Positions 21,046 through 31,550 of a DNA stretch of 64,000 nt are shown here, one piece after another. The position numbers and the translations under genes are program-made. This DNA comes from a bacterium (GTDB taxonomy: Bacteria; Zhuqueibacterota; Zhuqueibacteria; Residuimicrobiales; Krinioviventaceae). Every line of letters begins with the position of its first letter. The first letter of the stretch is position 1. The stretch spans positions 63,280 to 127,279 of the forward strand of contig CAXXFV010000007.1 of assembly GCA_963674595.2 (NCBI GenBank). The letters run 5' to 3'. The notes under the pieces were generated by a model. The model saw only the letters and a program-made list of their open reading frames with translations, made no database searches and was not told the DNA's origin.

Positions 21046-21979
21046 TCAAAATTTTCTCAAATAAAACTCTGTTTCGTTATACTCGGAAACTACAAGCCGG
21101 TTTGAATGAACAAGTCCTTCCACAACCGAAAAATTTGTACCCGATTTTTCTGTTAGTTCCAATAGGGCCTGTTTGGTCATCGGATGTACGGATGTTATGC
21201 TCAAAATGTCCTTTTCAATGTTTCCGGTGTATGCAAAATCATTGCCCTCGTAGCCTGTTAGATATTCTACCCGGTCAAAATTTGACTGGAAAATTTGATA
21301 CAGTTCAATCAGCTTTTGTCCTTCAGGCGGCTGGGTACGTTTTTCTGCCGGGGGCCGAATGGGTATGCTGATATAGGATTTTTCCGGATTTATTCCTTTA
21401 ATAAACAGAGATACATTTTTTATGTTCTCTGGCGAATCATTTAAATCTTTTACCAGCATGGTTTCGGTAACGAGCGTGCCGTTAAATTCTTGTGAAAATT
21501 GAAGGATGCCCTTGAATATATCATCGAGACTCAAATCTCTTACAGATCTGTTTATTTTTCTCCACAACGCAGAATCGGCGGCATCAACTTTAACAGAAAC
21601 CCAATCAGCCTGACATAGTGCATCTCTGACATGCTGTGAATGTATAAGCGATGAATTGGTAATAACGGCGATTTTTTTCCCAAACTGTTTCAAGGTTTTT
21701 ATCAGATTACCAAGATTTTCATCCAATGTCGGTTCACCGTCTGCGACAAAAGTCAGATAATCAATGGTTTCTTTGTTTTTTTTCAGCATTTATTATTTTT
21801 TCCTGTACGTCATTGATAATCATTTCAGGATCATAAAATGTCTGTCGTTTTGATGTCATTTTTCCGGCTTTACCCAGTTGACAGTAAACACAGGAATATG
21901 TACATGCCTTTGGTGGTATATTGTTAATGCCGATGCTTTTTCCCAATCGCCTTGATGGAACAGGTCCGAATGCAATCAT
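21046..21979 (-). CDS. Radical SAM protein (COG0731/TYW1-like Fe-S oxidoreductase), split by an extra base near 21776-21783
   Basis: FGPVPSRRLGKSIG, CTYSCVYC (CxxxCxxC), DGEPTL and AVITNSSL motifs. The two ORFs join on shortening an A8 run. Confidence 0.9.
21049..21160. repeat. Right copy of 112-bp direct repeat (current 3' end of radical SAM gene)
   Basis: Matches 17506-17617 with 4 substitutions. Confidence 0.92.
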
Positions 21980-22432
21980 ATCAAATCCTATAATAATATT
22001 AGTTCTTAACTTTTATATATTTTGTAAACCAAATTTATAAACCATGCCGGTTTTTCAAAAAAAACATAAAGTAAAATAATAACTGTTATCGGCACGGGAA
22101 TAAATACGTCGAATACCATTAAAATCAACAAAACAATTAATGTTATGGTTTTTTCTTTCATAACGATCCATGTTTTTTGTATTAAAGTTATCTTTTTTAA
22201 AGCCGTTTGAATGTAATGAAATAAAAATAAAATCCAATAAAAAAATGTCCTGTGAGTTTTATGAAAAAAGATTAAAATGATTTTGTGGTTTTTATTTATT
22301 AAGTAGTATTTTATAACAGTTTTTTTTATTTTTAACGGATTCCTTCAAATCCCTGAAAAAAGAAAATTATTTTTATTACTTGCCCGATAACTCCTTTTTG
22401 AAAATATTATATATACATTTTTTATCTGAAAC

Positions 22433-23929
22433 TTGGGAGATATGATGAATAAATTAGGTATATTAGTTTCTATCCTTTTTTATTGTATTTTTTGTTTTAA
22501 TGCAGCAGGGCAGGATTCTACCCATGTCATTGATATTTCGTCTCAAAAGCAGCTTTTTATAGATGATCTGCTGATTGAATCGTGTCGTGGAATAAGCAAA
22601 ACCATGAATCTACCGCACCAATATGATGAAATTTTATTAGAATGTGATCAGCCCTGGGAAGCCGGACCGGAAAGTAAAGTTGCTGCTTATAGCAGTGTCT
22701 TGAAAGAGAAGAATAAAATTCGATTGTGGTATGATTTGTATAACAGCAAAACGAAAGAACGTTGTGTTGCTTATGCGGAATCAGATGACGGTTTGCATTT
22801 TAAAAAACCAAAGCTTGGCTTAATTAATGTTAACGGTTCACGGGAAAATAACCTGGTTATACCCGGCACAATCGGCGGGTGTTCCGTCTGGATAGATAGG
22901 CATGCTCCGGAGAATGAACGATATAAAACCCAGGCAAAAATTTATCCAAGCCAGGAATTCCAAATTCACACTTCTGCTGACGGACTCAACTGGAAGTCCT
23001 TTGCCAAGCCGAATATCGGTAACAAAGACACGCAAACAATTATATTTTGGGATAGTGCTGTATCAAGATATGTTATGTACACCAGAAAGTGGTTTAAATT
23101 CGAAAATAAAGATGATAATTTTAGATGTGTGCGTCGATTAGAGTCTGATGATTTAGTCAACTGGGACAATGAGATGATTGTTATGGAACCGGACTCTCTG
23201 GACAGGGCTTTGTATAAAACACCAACCGGTCAGTTGCCGGTTGATTATTATGGCGCGCTGGTTTTCAAATACCCGAATGATCAGGGAATGTATATGATGC
23301 TGGCGCAAACATTTTGGCACTGGTTTGGCCGACAGCCCCTAAACCGTTTGGGACCGAATGCTATTGATGTCAGACTGGCTGCAAGTCGGGATGGTAAAAA
23401 GTTTTCTTTTTCGGGCAATCGTATGCCGTTTTTAAACCTTGGACGCGAGGACAGTTTTTATTCCAAAATGGTATGGGCTTTGCCGAATCCGGTTATTATG
23501 GATGATGAAATATGGATATATTTTGCCGGAAGCAATCAGGACCATGCCGGATATTTAGATCCTACAGTAAAGAGTTTCAAGTCCGGAATAGGACGTGCTG
23601 TTTTACGGCTGGACGGATTTGTTTCAATAGACGCGGACTTTCAGGGCGGAGAGATCATTACACCGTTATTAAAGTTCATGGGCAAAAATCTTGAACTGAA
23701 CATGCAAACCAGTGGCGGCGGATGTGTTCGTGTTGAAATTCTGGATGAAAAAAACCAGCCTATTGATGGCTTTCAATTGTCTGAAGCTGTTCCTCTTTGT
23801 GGAAATTCGGTACGAATGCCGGTTAAATGGGAACAAACAGATGATGTGAGCTGTTTGTCCGGAAAAACTATAAAATTACGTTTTGTTATTAAAGCCTGCA
23901 AGTTGTATGCTTTTCAGTTCAAACAATGA
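22433..23929 (+). CDS. Secreted beta-propeller glycoside hydrolase-like protein
   Basis: Signal peptide; Asp-box-like motifs (AESDDGLHF, TSADGLNW, ESDDLVNW, SRDGKKF); C-terminal GRAVLRLDGFVS...LYAFQF. True start probably 22442/22445. Confidence 0.65.
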   Translation: MGDMMNKLGILVSILFYCIFCFNAAGQDSTHVIDISSQKQLFIDDLLIESCRGISKTMNLPHQYDEILLECDQPWEAGPESKVAAYSSVLKEKNKIRLWYDLYNSKTKERCVAYAESDDGLHFKKPKLGLINVNGSRENNLVIPGTIGGCSVWIDRHAPENERYKTQAKIYPSQEFQIHTSADGLNWKSFAKPNIGNKDTQTIIFWDSAVSRYVMYTRKWFKFENKDDNFRCVRRLESDDLVNWDNEMIVMEPDSLDRALYKTPTGQLPVDYYGALVFKYPNDQGMYMMLAQTFWHWFGRQPLNRLGPNAIDVRLAASRDGKKFSFSGNRMPFLNLGREDSFYSKMVWALPNPVIMDDEIWIYFAGSNQDHAGYLDPTVKSFKSGIGRAVLRLDGFVSIDADFQGGEIITPLLKFMGKNLELNMQTSGGGCVRVEILDEKNQPIDGFQLSEAVPLCGNSVRMPVKWEQTDDVSCLSGKTIKLRFVIKACKLYAFQFKQ

Positions 23930-23963
23930 TGATTTGTAAAAATTAATATATAGGAGCTGATTC

Positions 23964-25013
23964 ATGAACAACACCAAATCACTGCCTGTAGAAATTGTTT
24001 TTCAACCGTCCTGGTGGTTTCATCATGAAGGATTGACTTTTGACGAGGATTTCTTTTTTCATCCGCTAAAAAGGGTGGAGGCTGAAAGAAAAATGGAAAA
24101 GGCCCTATACGATAGATGGGGACAATATGGCTTTGGCTGCGATAAAGACAAAGACCTGCCGTTAATCGGCGCCACTCATTTGGCTGCCGGATTTTTATTG
24201 TCTGAAATGCTGGGCTGTCATGTAGAATACAAACAGGATACACCTCCTCAGGTTGTTCCTGCTCATTTTGAAAAACTCTCTGTTTCGGCTGATAAAGCTT
24301 TTCAAACAAATGCTTTTAAAAAGCTTGAAAATCTTGTCGAGAGTTTAAAAAAGAGCTATGGTTATGTTACCGGTGATGTTAACTGGGGCGGTATTTTAAA
24401 TCTGGCGCTTGATTTACGCGGGGATATTTTTTTTATCGATCTGTTTGATAATCCGCAGGATTCTATAAAATTCCTCTCTGAAATTAATAATGTCATCGAA
24501 CAATTTACAGACTATATGTTGTATAACACAGGTTCCACATCCATAAGTGTGAATAGAAATGTACACAATTTTGACAAGCGTGTTTTTCTTCACAGCGAGT
24601 GCAGCCATACCATGATTTCAGTTGAAGATTATGAAAAATACTTGCAGCCGTTTGATATAAAGTGGAGCCAAAAATATCAACCCTATGGCATTCATTATTG
24701 CGGACCGGACCCCGACAGATATGCCGAATCCTTTGCCAAAATACCACAGTTGCATTTTCTGGATGTGGGATGGGGCGGTGATATTGCCGCCCTGCGAAAA
24801 CATTTGCCCAATACATTCTTAAACATTCGGCTGAGTCCGGTTGATATTGTTAACCAATCGGAAGAGGAAATTCGGACCAGTATTATCGAACGTGTGACCG
24901 CATCCGGTAATTTAGAACTTACCGGTGTGTGCTGTATTAACATGGATGAACATATCACTGATAATAAAGTGACAACAATACTGGAAACTGTCCGGGACCT
25001 CTGGCAGGCATAA
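23964..25013 (+). CDS. Uroporphyrinogen decarboxylase/methyltransferase-like hypothetical protein
   Basis: GGAG RBS; LALDLRG, MISVEDYEKYLQPFD and GIHYCG motifs resemble URO-D/MtaA-type barrels. Confidence 0.55.
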   Translation: MNNTKSLPVEIVFQPSWWFHHEGLTFDEDFFFHPLKRVEAERKMEKALYDRWGQYGFGCDKDKDLPLIGATHLAAGFLLSEMLGCHVEYKQDTPPQVVPAHFEKLSVSADKAFQTNAFKKLENLVESLKKSYGYVTGDVNWGGILNLALDLRGDIFFIDLFDNPQDSIKFLSEINNVIEQFTDYMLYNTGSTSISVNRNVHNFDKRVFLHSECSHTMISVEDYEKYLQPFDIKWSQKYQPYGIHYCGPDPDRYAESFAKIPQLHFLDVGWGGDIAALRKHLPNTFLNIRLSPVDIVNQSEEEIRTSIIERVTASGNLELTGVCCINMDEHITDNKVTTILETVRDLWQA

Positions 25014-25084
25014 CACCGCCCCTTTGCGGTGGATTGATATAAATTTTTAATTATAATTAGTGTTGTGATAAATTTAAACCATCT

Positions 25085-25867
25085 GTGGAGAATACTATGC
25101 GACAATTTAAAACAGCTATTGTTTCCCTCGTACTCTTGATTACCCTGAGTTCTGTTTTTGCTTTAACTGATGAGAAAACGCAGTATAAAACAACAGTTCC
25201 GACGATTCAAACCGTAGAATGGGCTGTGAAATGGTGGGGACCACGACATGAAGAAAAAGTTCAACAGGTTAAACAGGGAAATGTGGATTTGCTTTTAATC
25301 GGTAATTCCATAACTCACGGCTGGGAAAATGAAAATGGTATTAATGTGTGGAACAAATACTATAAACACCGCCATGCCGTTAATCTCGGATTCAGCGGAG
25401 ACCGAACCGAACATGTTCTCTGGCGTTTACAAAACGGAGAAATTGATAATATTTCACCCAAACTCGCAGTGGTAATGATCGGAACAAACAATACCGGTCA
25501 ACGCCGGGACCCGGTTGAAGAAACAGCCGCCGGCGTCAAAGCGATTCTTGATCAAGTGCAAAGTAAATTACCTGAGACGAAAATTCTGCTGCTGGCAATT
25601 TTCCCCAGATCAGAATTGCCCGGTGATTCTCTTCGTGTGATGAATGAAGAGATAAACAATATTATTTCCGGATATGCCGATAATCAGCGTATCTATTTCC
25701 TGGATATTAATGATAAATTTCTTGATGACAACGGAGTCCTCACCAAAGAGATTATGCCTGATTTTTTACATCCCAATGAAAAGGGATACCGGATTTGGGC
25801 GGAAAGTATGGAACCGATGGTGAGTGAATTGCTGGGAGACCAGGCTGTATCGAATTGTTCTGAATAA
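25085..25867 (+). CDS. SGNH/GDSL esterase (PAF-acetylhydrolase IB-like), secreted
   Basis: IGNSITHGW, GFSGDRT, MIGTNN and DFLHPN catalytic blocks; signal peptide. Confidence 0.92.
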   Translation: MENTMRQFKTAIVSLVLLITLSSVFALTDEKTQYKTTVPTIQTVEWAVKWWGPRHEEKVQQVKQGNVDLLLIGNSITHGWENENGINVWNKYYKHRHAVNLGFSGDRTEHVLWRLQNGEIDNISPKLAVVMIGTNNTGQRRDPVEETAAGVKAILDQVQSKLPETKILLLAIFPRSELPGDSLRVMNEEINNIISGYADNQRIYFLDINDKFLDDNGVLTKEIMPDFLHPNEKGYRIWAESMEPMVSELLGDQAVSNCSE

Positions 25868-25895
25868 AGACGTTTGAGATAACGGTTTAAAATGT

Positions 25896-25934
25896 AAAAT
25901 CCTCAAAGAAACTGGGAATTTTTGAGGATTTTTT
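25896..25934. terminator. Probable bidirectional terminator
   Basis: AAAATCCTCAAA...TTTGAGGATTTT between convergent genes. Confidence 0.65.
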
Positions 25935-25983
25935 ATTTTTACGGATGTTAAAAGTTATTATAAAAGCTGTATTAGACTAAAGT

Positions 25984-26769
25984 TTATAGTGTGTCTTGAA
26001 AAATTTCTCCCTCCCATATATTCAAAGCCCCAAACACCCCAAATCCGTTTTCAACTGTTGAAATAGGGGGCTGATAGGTATTGAGTTTCAGAATAACGGG
26101 ACTGGTAATATATTCCGTCATGTTGTGGTCATAGGCGATAATTTTAAGAAAGATACCCTTCTTTGGTGCAGCATCTATAGGGATACTGATTCGCTTCTGA
26201 TCGCTTTCTTTAATGGTCCTTTTAAAATATTCCTTACCATCAATGCCGCAATAAATATCATACATCCCCGCAAGTGAATCCGGCATAACTTCAAAAGTCA
26301 CACTGTTGTTTTCAATTTTCAGGGAATTCTCTTTTATGTGCGGTTTATAGGGTATGGTTGTTCGGGCTGTTAAAACCGGCCAACCGTTTTTATAACAATA
26401 AAGGGAAAATGTTTTGCCGGCGGTCGGAAAAAACATTTTGTTCCTGTATTCCGGTTCTATATTTTCCCCAAAGTTTGTATAATTAAACCACACCGAATCC
26501 GGTGTTGATGCATTTTGGTCTATAACGATTACGGTTGCGTCAGGTATATCCGTATCATCCGGTTCTTTTTCCTGGACCGAATAGGACCCTTCCAGGTGAA
26601 TATAGGATTGTGGCAGTTCCATCAGGCTGTCAGGACGTAAAATGCCGAATACATTCAGTTTTGGAACATATCCGTGTTCGTCAATATAAATCGGCTGCGG
26701 ACCGTATCCTGTTATGGGATTTTCACAGGAAAGAGATAAAAGAAACAATAAAAAGAATAATTTTTTCAC
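25984..26769 (-). CDS. DUF4249-like lipoprotein
   Basis: LSLSC lipobox, C-terminal STVENGFGVFGA motif, directly downstream of a TonB receptor. Confidence 0.75.
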   Translation of the reverse strand: MKKLFFLLFLLSLSCENPITGYGPQPIYIDEHGYVPKLNVFGILRPDSLMELPQSYIHLEGSYSVQEKEPDDTDIPDATVIVIDQNASTPDSVWFNYTNFGENIEPEYRNKMFFPTAGKTFSLYCYKNGWPVLTARTTIPYKPHIKENSLKIENNSVTFEVMPDSLAGMYDIYCGIDGKEYFKRTIKESDQKRISIPIDAAPKKGIFLKIIAYDHNMTEYITSPVILKLNTYQPPISTVENGFGVFGALNIWEGEIFQDTL

Positions 26770-26787
26770 GTACCAAATTCCTTTGAA

Positions 26788-29130
26788 TTAAAATTTTATG
26801 GTATAACCCACGCCGAATTCCGGGAAATAATTCGATCCAATAGCGTAAAATTTTTGTTCTTCCATGGGCACATACATCCAGACATTACGCCGTAAGAACA
26901 GTATATTGCCAAAACGGACATTTAAAAAGGATTCGTCCGCCCCAAGAAACTCGGCCAGTTCCGCTGCAAAACCTTTACGAATTCGTTTTTGCAAACCAAG
27001 GTCCAAACGGAGATAAAATGGCAGCCGGATATTATTTTTTACATCAGCCAGATAAGTGTTTTGTGTGGCCAGTTCACCTGTTTGCGGATCGTAATAATAA
27101 TAGGTATAGGACGACCGTTCCAATGTGCGGGGAACACCGGACATAATTTGCAGGGTGCCGCTGATGCCTACGTCCGGGTGTATTTGTTGTGTGCAAACCG
27201 CTTTTAAAGAATGGGTACGATCATAGTCATAGGGCCAGGATTTGCCGTTCATTATATGCGGAAAGGAACGTGTCGAACGGCTGATGCCGTAGCTGAGCCA
27301 TCCAGAAAAACGGCGCCAGGTCCCTTTCCATAAAATTTCCACTCCATAGGCTTTGCCTGTTCCCTGTTTTAGATTATCGGAAAACTGTTGTGTTTCATAA
27401 ACACTCAGCGTCGGATCGTATGTGTAAAGACGTGTCAGGTCTTTATAGTAAAAATCCACTGATAAATGCGAGGAAGGAGTGATCGGTTTTTCAAAACCAA
27501 GAATATAATGGGTGGATGCACTGGGTTTTGTGTTTTTTAACGGATAGTAATTTTCCAAAAACTGGCTTATTTCATATTCCTGCGAGTTGATGCTGACAAT
27601 ATATTGTAAATATTTTCCCCATGCTGCCTTGATTTTCAGGTCGTAGGGAAGATACAACACTCCATTAATGCGGGGTTCTGTGTACCATTTCTCACTGAAT
27701 TTATATTTTGAATAACGTACTCCGGGACGAACAGACAAAAGTCCCAATTGAAATTTGTTTTCTACAAAAGCCGCTTTTATAGTTGGTTGCCTTTTTGAAG
27801 TGCCAAGATCGATATAATTGATTTTAAATCCGTTTTCAAATGAATAATTGCTAAACTCGAATCCGGTATTTAACGTGTTATATTCGTTCAGCTTTACATT
27901 TAATGTCGATTTTGTGCTGATGTCCTGTATTTTATTTTTAATAAAAGTGCTGTAATAAACTTTAATGTTGAGATCGTCCTCTTCATCCGTATATTCCAGG
28001 TCAAGTGTGGTATTGTTGCTGGAATTAAAAAAAGACCCGGAAACCTGTGTTTGAAAGTAAATTTGAGGTGTGATAACACTTTTCCAAATGGCCGTTACAG
28101 CCTGATTGGTCCAGGTGTTGTTCATAATAAGATCATAATCGTCAAATAAATCCGTTTCAAAAGTTGTGGAAAAATAGGATGAAAAACGGGCAAAACTATA
28201 GTCAAACTTGTCGCGCGCGCCAAAGTAACGAACCAAAAGTCTGTTACGGGGACTGATTTTCCAGTTGACGGCCATGTTGCCGTCAAAAAAATAACTTGGC
28301 GAACTGAACAAAAATCTGGAAACCAGATCGTAATAGGAACGACCGGAAATCATCATTGTTGCATTTTTATTCAGGGGAAAATCAACAATAAACCTGGAGT
28401 GACTTGTGGTTGTTTCCAGTTCACCATGCAGTGTTTTATTGTTGCCTTCACGGGTGGTGATATATAAAACAGAAGAATTACGTCCTCCATATTCCGCACC
28501 AAATCCGCCGACTAGTAACTCAATGTTTTTTATGGCATATAGATTGAACAAACCTGATCCGGTAATAAAATGATATGGATTGTAAATTGTAACGCCGTCC
28601 AGCAGGACCAGATTTTCTCCGGGATCACTGCCGCGTGCTGAAAACAAGGGCGAAAAAGGATCGATGCCCTGTATGCCCGGCAGGTATTTTATGGCCCGGA
28701 AAACATCTTCCCGGCTAGTCGTTATTTTTTCAATAATTCGCGGTTTCAGTTCCAGATGGCTGCTTTCGATGGAAACATCCGCGATTTCCGATTGTTGTGC
28801 TGTCACCTCAATTTCCTGCATATCTACTACAGACGGCTGCAAGCCGATGCTTTTTAAAAACAGGCTTTTTGTCTCAACATTAACAGCTATTTCTTTTGTC
28901 GTATACCCCATATAAGAAATTTTAAGAACATGTTTGCCGGGTTTTACTCCAGTAATGCGAAAAAGACCGTTGCCGTCCGTGGCAGCCCCCTGGTAGGTGC
29001 CTGTTATTTGAACATTGGCGCCGATGAGCGTTTCTCCTGTTGAGGCGTCTGTAATATATCCGGAAAGGGTAAAGGTCTGTGCAAAAACAGGGGTGCAATA
29101 TAAAAGTAAAAATAGAAAGTATTTTCTCAT
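26788..29130 (-). CDS. TonB-dependent receptor with carboxypeptidase-regulatory-like N-domain
   Basis: SGYITDASTGETLIGANV N-domain, ENLVLLDG and GGFGAEYGGR plug motifs, C-terminal GYTIKF. Confidence 0.93.
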   Translation of the reverse strand: MRKYFLFLLLYCTPVFAQTFTLSGYITDASTGETLIGANVQITGTYQGAATDGNGLFRITGVKPGKHVLKISYMGYTTKEIAVNVETKSLFLKSIGLQPSVVDMQEIEVTAQQSEIADVSIESSHLELKPRIIEKITTSREDVFRAIKYLPGIQGIDPFSPLFSARGSDPGENLVLLDGVTIYNPYHFITGSGLFNLYAIKNIELLVGGFGAEYGGRNSSVLYITTREGNNKTLHGELETTTSHSRFIVDFPLNKNATMMISGRSYYDLVSRFLFSSPSYFFDGNMAVNWKISPRNRLLVRYFGARDKFDYSFARFSSYFSTTFETDLFDDYDLIMNNTWTNQAVTAIWKSVITPQIYFQTQVSGSFFNSSNNTTLDLEYTDEEDDLNIKVYYSTFIKNKIQDISTKSTLNVKLNEYNTLNTGFEFSNYSFENGFKINYIDLGTSKRQPTIKAAFVENKFQLGLLSVRPGVRYSKYKFSEKWYTEPRINGVLYLPYDLKIKAAWGKYLQYIVSINSQEYEISQFLENYYPLKNTKPSASTHYILGFEKPITPSSHLSVDFYYKDLTRLYTYDPTLSVYETQQFSDNLKQGTGKAYGVEILWKGTWRRFSGWLSYGISRSTRSFPHIMNGKSWPYDYDRTHSLKAVCTQQIHPDVGISGTLQIMSGVPRTLERSSYTYYYYDPQTGELATQNTYLADVKNNIRLPFYLRLDLGLQKRIRKGFAAELAEFLGADESFLNVRFGNILFLRRNVWMYVPMEEQKFYAIGSNYFPEFGVGYTIKF

Positions 29131-30179
29131 AATTTTACCCCCGCATGAAACAATACACCGTATTCCGTTTTAATATCCATGGAATAGATGTAATAATAAT
29201 TAAAAAATATCCCCATGCCGAAGGTTAATGATGACCGGTGCAGGGGATTATATAACAGACTGGTGCTCAGGGATGTGTCCAAAATAAACATGTCATAAAT
29301 TTCATGCTTTTCGGTTTTATAGTCATTCCATTTGTTGAATCCGTATAATACCTGTAATTTTCGCTGTGTGAGAAATGATTTATTTATTCTGTAAAACCAG
29401 GAATCATTATAAAGACCGAATTCTATGGATTCATGATTTTTACCATCGCGATACCGCATACCATAGGCCGTGCGGAAAAATTTTTGTGCGGCTTCCCTTA
29501 GCGAAAAGGACATGTGTGCGTCTACAATACGGCTATCCCGACTGATTAAAATATCTGTTCCGCCTAAAAGATGCACCGGTTTAACCGGTCCTGGGGTTTT
29601 TTCCATATTATATAAATTTATCTTGCGGCCTTTACTAACGGATTCCGATATTTGGTTCAGGTCGTTAACAACATCAAGTTGCCATTTTTGTATCGTTTGT
29701 TCCAGGCCTTTTTCTAGTTTATCTTTTAAGAATGGTTTTTTTGTTGTCACCTCTTGTGTCAGTGTTCCCAGGTATATTTTGTCCTTTTGACGTTGATATA
29801 CATGAATGATGGAAAAGACTTTATAATGCGGGTATAACAGGCTTTTTACTTTATAAAGTTTAAGTTCTGCCAGTTCAAGCGTAAACTGTAAATTTTGATC
29901 GACAGATGTTTTTAGCAATTCGTTTTTTAGGGGAGTTTGGGAGTAAATGCCGAGATCAACCGGAACAAAAAGATATTTGTTTTTTTCCATAATTCCCAAA
30001 AGACGTTCCGGTTTTTGGCGTACATCGAGCACACTGTCAATTGACGCACGCAGGGGCAACAGTTCTTTGTCTTTTAAAGAGATAATAAGACTGTCCCGAA
30101 CGATGGTTTGTGATAATAGAGTGGGGGGCAAGATGAGAAAACAAATTAAAAGATTGATATTCCTTAACCAGATACTCAC
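29127..30179 (-). CDS. Exported hypothetical protein, first gene of TonB receptor operon
   Basis: 350-aa ORF with signal peptide, 4-bp overlap with the receptor gene. Confidence 0.7.
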   Translation of the reverse strand: MSIWLRNINLLICFLILPPTLLSQTIVRDSLIISLKDKELLPLRASIDSVLDVRQKPERLLGIMEKNKYLFVPVDLGIYSQTPLKNELLKTSVDQNLQFTLELAELKLYKVKSLLYPHYKVFSIIHVYQRQKDKIYLGTLTQEVTTKKPFLKDKLEKGLEQTIQKWQLDVVNDLNQISESVSKGRKINLYNMEKTPGPVKPVHLLGGTDILISRDSRIVDAHMSFSLREAAQKFFRTAYGMRYRDGKNHESIEFGLYNDSWFYRINKSFLTQRKLQVLYGFNKWNDYKTEKHEIYDMFILDTSLSTSLLYNPLHRSSLTFGMGIFFNYYYIYSMDIKTEYGVLFHAGVKL

Positions 30180-30413
30180 CGAATAATTCCCTCCGAAAAC
30201 AGGCAGATGTACAATATAATTTGATACGTTTATTCTGTTTATATGGTTTCAAAAATATTGAAAAAGCTGCTGCATATACTTGTTTCGCGCCATTTATATA
30301 AAATCAGCAAGATTTGTTGAAATAATAAAAAAAATGCAGGTGTTAACATAGTAATTTTATTAGAAATAAAAAATAAAAATTCAAAGATATTTAAAAATAT
30401 CAAGGTTTAGAAA

Positions 30414-31523
30414 ATGAAAATAGCCGTATTTAAAGAAATGGAACCCGGTGAGAAAAGGGTCGCCGTAACACCGGATGTCGTGAAAAAAATGGTAAAATTA
30501 GGTTTTTCCGTGATTGTACAAACCGATGCCGGCAACTCTGCGGATTTTAGTGATGAGCAATATAAAGAGGCCGGAGCTGAAATTGAAAGTTCGGTTAACG
30601 CCTTATATGATAAAGCAGACATTATTGTCAGGGTGCAGCCGCCGGATAAATCAGAAATTAAAAAAATGAAAGCAGATTCGGTTTTAATCGGATTTTTAGA
30701 ACCCTATAGAAATCCGGAGACTGTAAAATTTCTCGCTGAAAAAGCAATTACCAGTTTCAGTATGGAAACCATCCCGAGAATCAGCCGTGCTCAAAGTATG
30801 GATGCGTTATCTTCTCAGGCTTCTGCCGCCGGTTATAAAGCCGTTTTAATTGCTGCGGAGGCTTTAAAAAGATTTTTTCCCATGTTGACTACTGCTGCCG
30901 GAACCGTTGCCCCGGCCAGGGTTTTTATTATCGGGGCAGGTGTTGCCGGTTTACAGGCAATTGCCACGGCAAAAAGGCTTGGTGCGGTTGTGGAAGGATT
31001 TGATATCCGACCGGCTGCAAAAGGTGAAGTGGAAAGTTTGGGCGCACGCTTTGTTCAGGTTGAGCTTGATCAAACCGCAACGGCCGGCGGTTATGCCCGT
31101 GAAATTTCGGATGATGAGAAAAAGCATGAACACGATGTGATCCGGCAGCATGTTGCGTCAGCCGATGTTGTTATTACCACGGCCCAGGTACCGGGGAAAA
31201 AAGCGCCAATGCTGGTGACAAAAGATATGGTTGCAGAAATGAAACCCGGCAGTATCATTGTCGATTTGGCGGGTCAACAGGGTGGAAATTGTGAACTGAC
31301 AGAGTATGGTAAACAAATAGTTTTTAATGGTGTTACCATTATAGGACCTGAAAACCTGCCTGCACAAATGGCTTTTCATGCCAGCCAAATGTATGCCCGA
31401 AATATATTTTCCCTGATCACACATTTGGTTAAAGACAATGCGTTGGCGCTCGATTTTAATGACCAGATAACTAGCGAAAGCTGTTTGACTCATCAGGGAA
31501 AAATATTAAATGCACGTGTTTAA
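30414..31523 (+). CDS. pntA: NAD(P) transhydrogenase subunit alpha part 1
   Basis: GEKRVAVTP, RISRAQSMDALSS and GAGVAGLQAIATAKRLGA. Confidence 0.97.
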   Translation: MKIAVFKEMEPGEKRVAVTPDVVKKMVKLGFSVIVQTDAGNSADFSDEQYKEAGAEIESSVNALYDKADIIVRVQPPDKSEIKKMKADSVLIGFLEPYRNPETVKFLAEKAITSFSMETIPRISRAQSMDALSSQASAAGYKAVLIAAEALKRFFPMLTTAAGTVAPARVFIIGAGVAGLQAIATAKRLGAVVEGFDIRPAAKGEVESLGARFVQVELDQTATAGGYAREISDDEKKHEHDVIRQHVASADVVITTAQVPGKKAPMLVTKDMVAEMKPGSIIVDLAGQQGGNCELTEYGKQIVFNGVTIIGPENLPAQMAFHASQMYARNIFSLITHLVKDNALALDFNDQITSESCLTHQGKILNARV

Positions 31524-31550
31524 GATTTATCAAAAATAAAAGAGGTTGTT

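Larger units (their letters stand above)
17506..21160. mobile_element. Putative genomic islet inserted at the radical SAM gene 3' end (no integrase)
   Basis: Flanked by 112-bp direct repeats of the target gene end; AT-rich cargo on the opposite strand. Confidence 0.65.

Noticed and set aside
17506-21160. 112-bp repeat pair as a diversity-generating retroelement TR/VR
   Set aside because: Differences are all synonymous and run in both directions (A to G and G to A); no reverse transcriptase is present.
18084-21979. RiPP cluster (small proteins plus radical SAM maturase)
   Set aside because: The radical SAM is COG0731-like without a SPASM domain, is convergently oriented and appears to be the insertion target. 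The small proteins carry Sec signals.
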